Shown here piece by piece: positions 63,249 to 64,000 of a DNA stretch of 64,000 nucleotides; positions within the stretch are counted from its first letter, which is position 1; the number at the start of each line of letters is the position of its first letter. Made by a program: the position numbers and the translations under genes. The stretch is from assembly GCA_013265495.1 (NCBI GenBank), contig MU058781.1, positions 8,475,009-8,539,008 on the forward strand. The letters run 5' to 3'. The DNA is from Vicugna vicugna (lineage: Eukaryota). The notes under the pieces were generated by a model. It was not told the origin of the DNA. It worked only from the letters and a program-made list of their open reading frames with translations, and ran no database searches.

Positions 63249-64000
63249 TTTTCTTATAATTTTTTTTAAGAAAAATTTTAACAACTTCATTGAAGTATAA
63301 TTTAGATTATATTTACCCTTCAAATTTACAACTACTTTCCCTATAAGATCTTGTGAGGAGGTTGTCTTTATTTTAAAATAAGCCCAAGATGACTGAGAAA
63401 TGGGAGAAAATTGCTTTTCATTACATGAGGAATTATATTATGCTTTATGTTATAAAAACTGAATAGCTTTCTCTATTCAGGTTCCTAAAATTTAAATTCT
63501 GTATGCTGAGAATTTTGTTAAATTTTGCAGTGCTTTAGTGGAATGCCCAGTAATAGTTTTAATAACTTGCATGGTCATCAAATTATTTTGATGAAAGTTT
63601 TAAGCTCTTTTTTTGCAATTTTCTCACAGTAGATGTGGGAAAATTTTACCTTTTTTATTGTCTTTCTTTGGGAACTTGAGGATCAGTTTTCAATCCTGTT
63701 CCACTTTTGGCCTGACCTTTTCAGGTCACTTAAACTTCTTGTTTGCATTTCTTGTAGCATGTAAGTGGTAATACTTCAACTCACAAGTAGTTGCATTAAT
63801 TTTTGCGAATAAACTATGGAGTGCTAAATTGTGTTAAGATTACTAGTCCTTTTGGAATCACTGGCCTTCTGATATTGAACAATTTGAAATATTTTCAAGT
63901 TTTAATATTGATATTTTATAATTTTTGAGTGACAAATTGATATAGACTGATAGGTTTTCAGAAACTTTACTTTTGTTTAATTGCTTGATGATTCGCATTA

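Noticed and set aside
1..64000. CRISPR array, operon or other prokaryotic-type system; intact provirus
   Set aside because: No regularly spaced repeat-spacer units, long intronless ORFs or gag/pol/env were seen; the window is intron-rich mammalian DNA.

Overview
Mammalian nuclear DNA, probably a camelid (nine copies of a tRNA-Ala-derived SINE resembling the camelid Vic-1 family). The window holds the last four exons and the ~3.1 kb 3' UTR of E2F3 (+ strand, ~842-10150), a ~32 kb repeat-rich intergenic region, and the CpG promoter plus first four exons of CDKAL1 (+ strand, from ~42100; two non-coding exons, then coding exons at 52250-52419 and 55211-55323). The E2F3 intron at 1001-3973 is a minor-spliceosome (U12) AT-AC intron. 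The E2F3 3' UTR is dense in miRNA seed matches and Pumilio elements and has a G-quadruplex motif next to a complementary C-tract. The best candidate for something undescribed is an orphan CpG island at ~21.9-22.4 kb with tandem ETS/GABP motifs, a strong minus-strand splice donor and a plausible 70-nt downstream exon, suggesting a transcript convergent on E2F3. Two template-switch-like palindromes in old L1s and other small insertion scars are also visible. No prokaryotic-type system (CRISPR, operon) is present. Repeat family names come from recalled consensus sequences and repeat boundaries are approximate.
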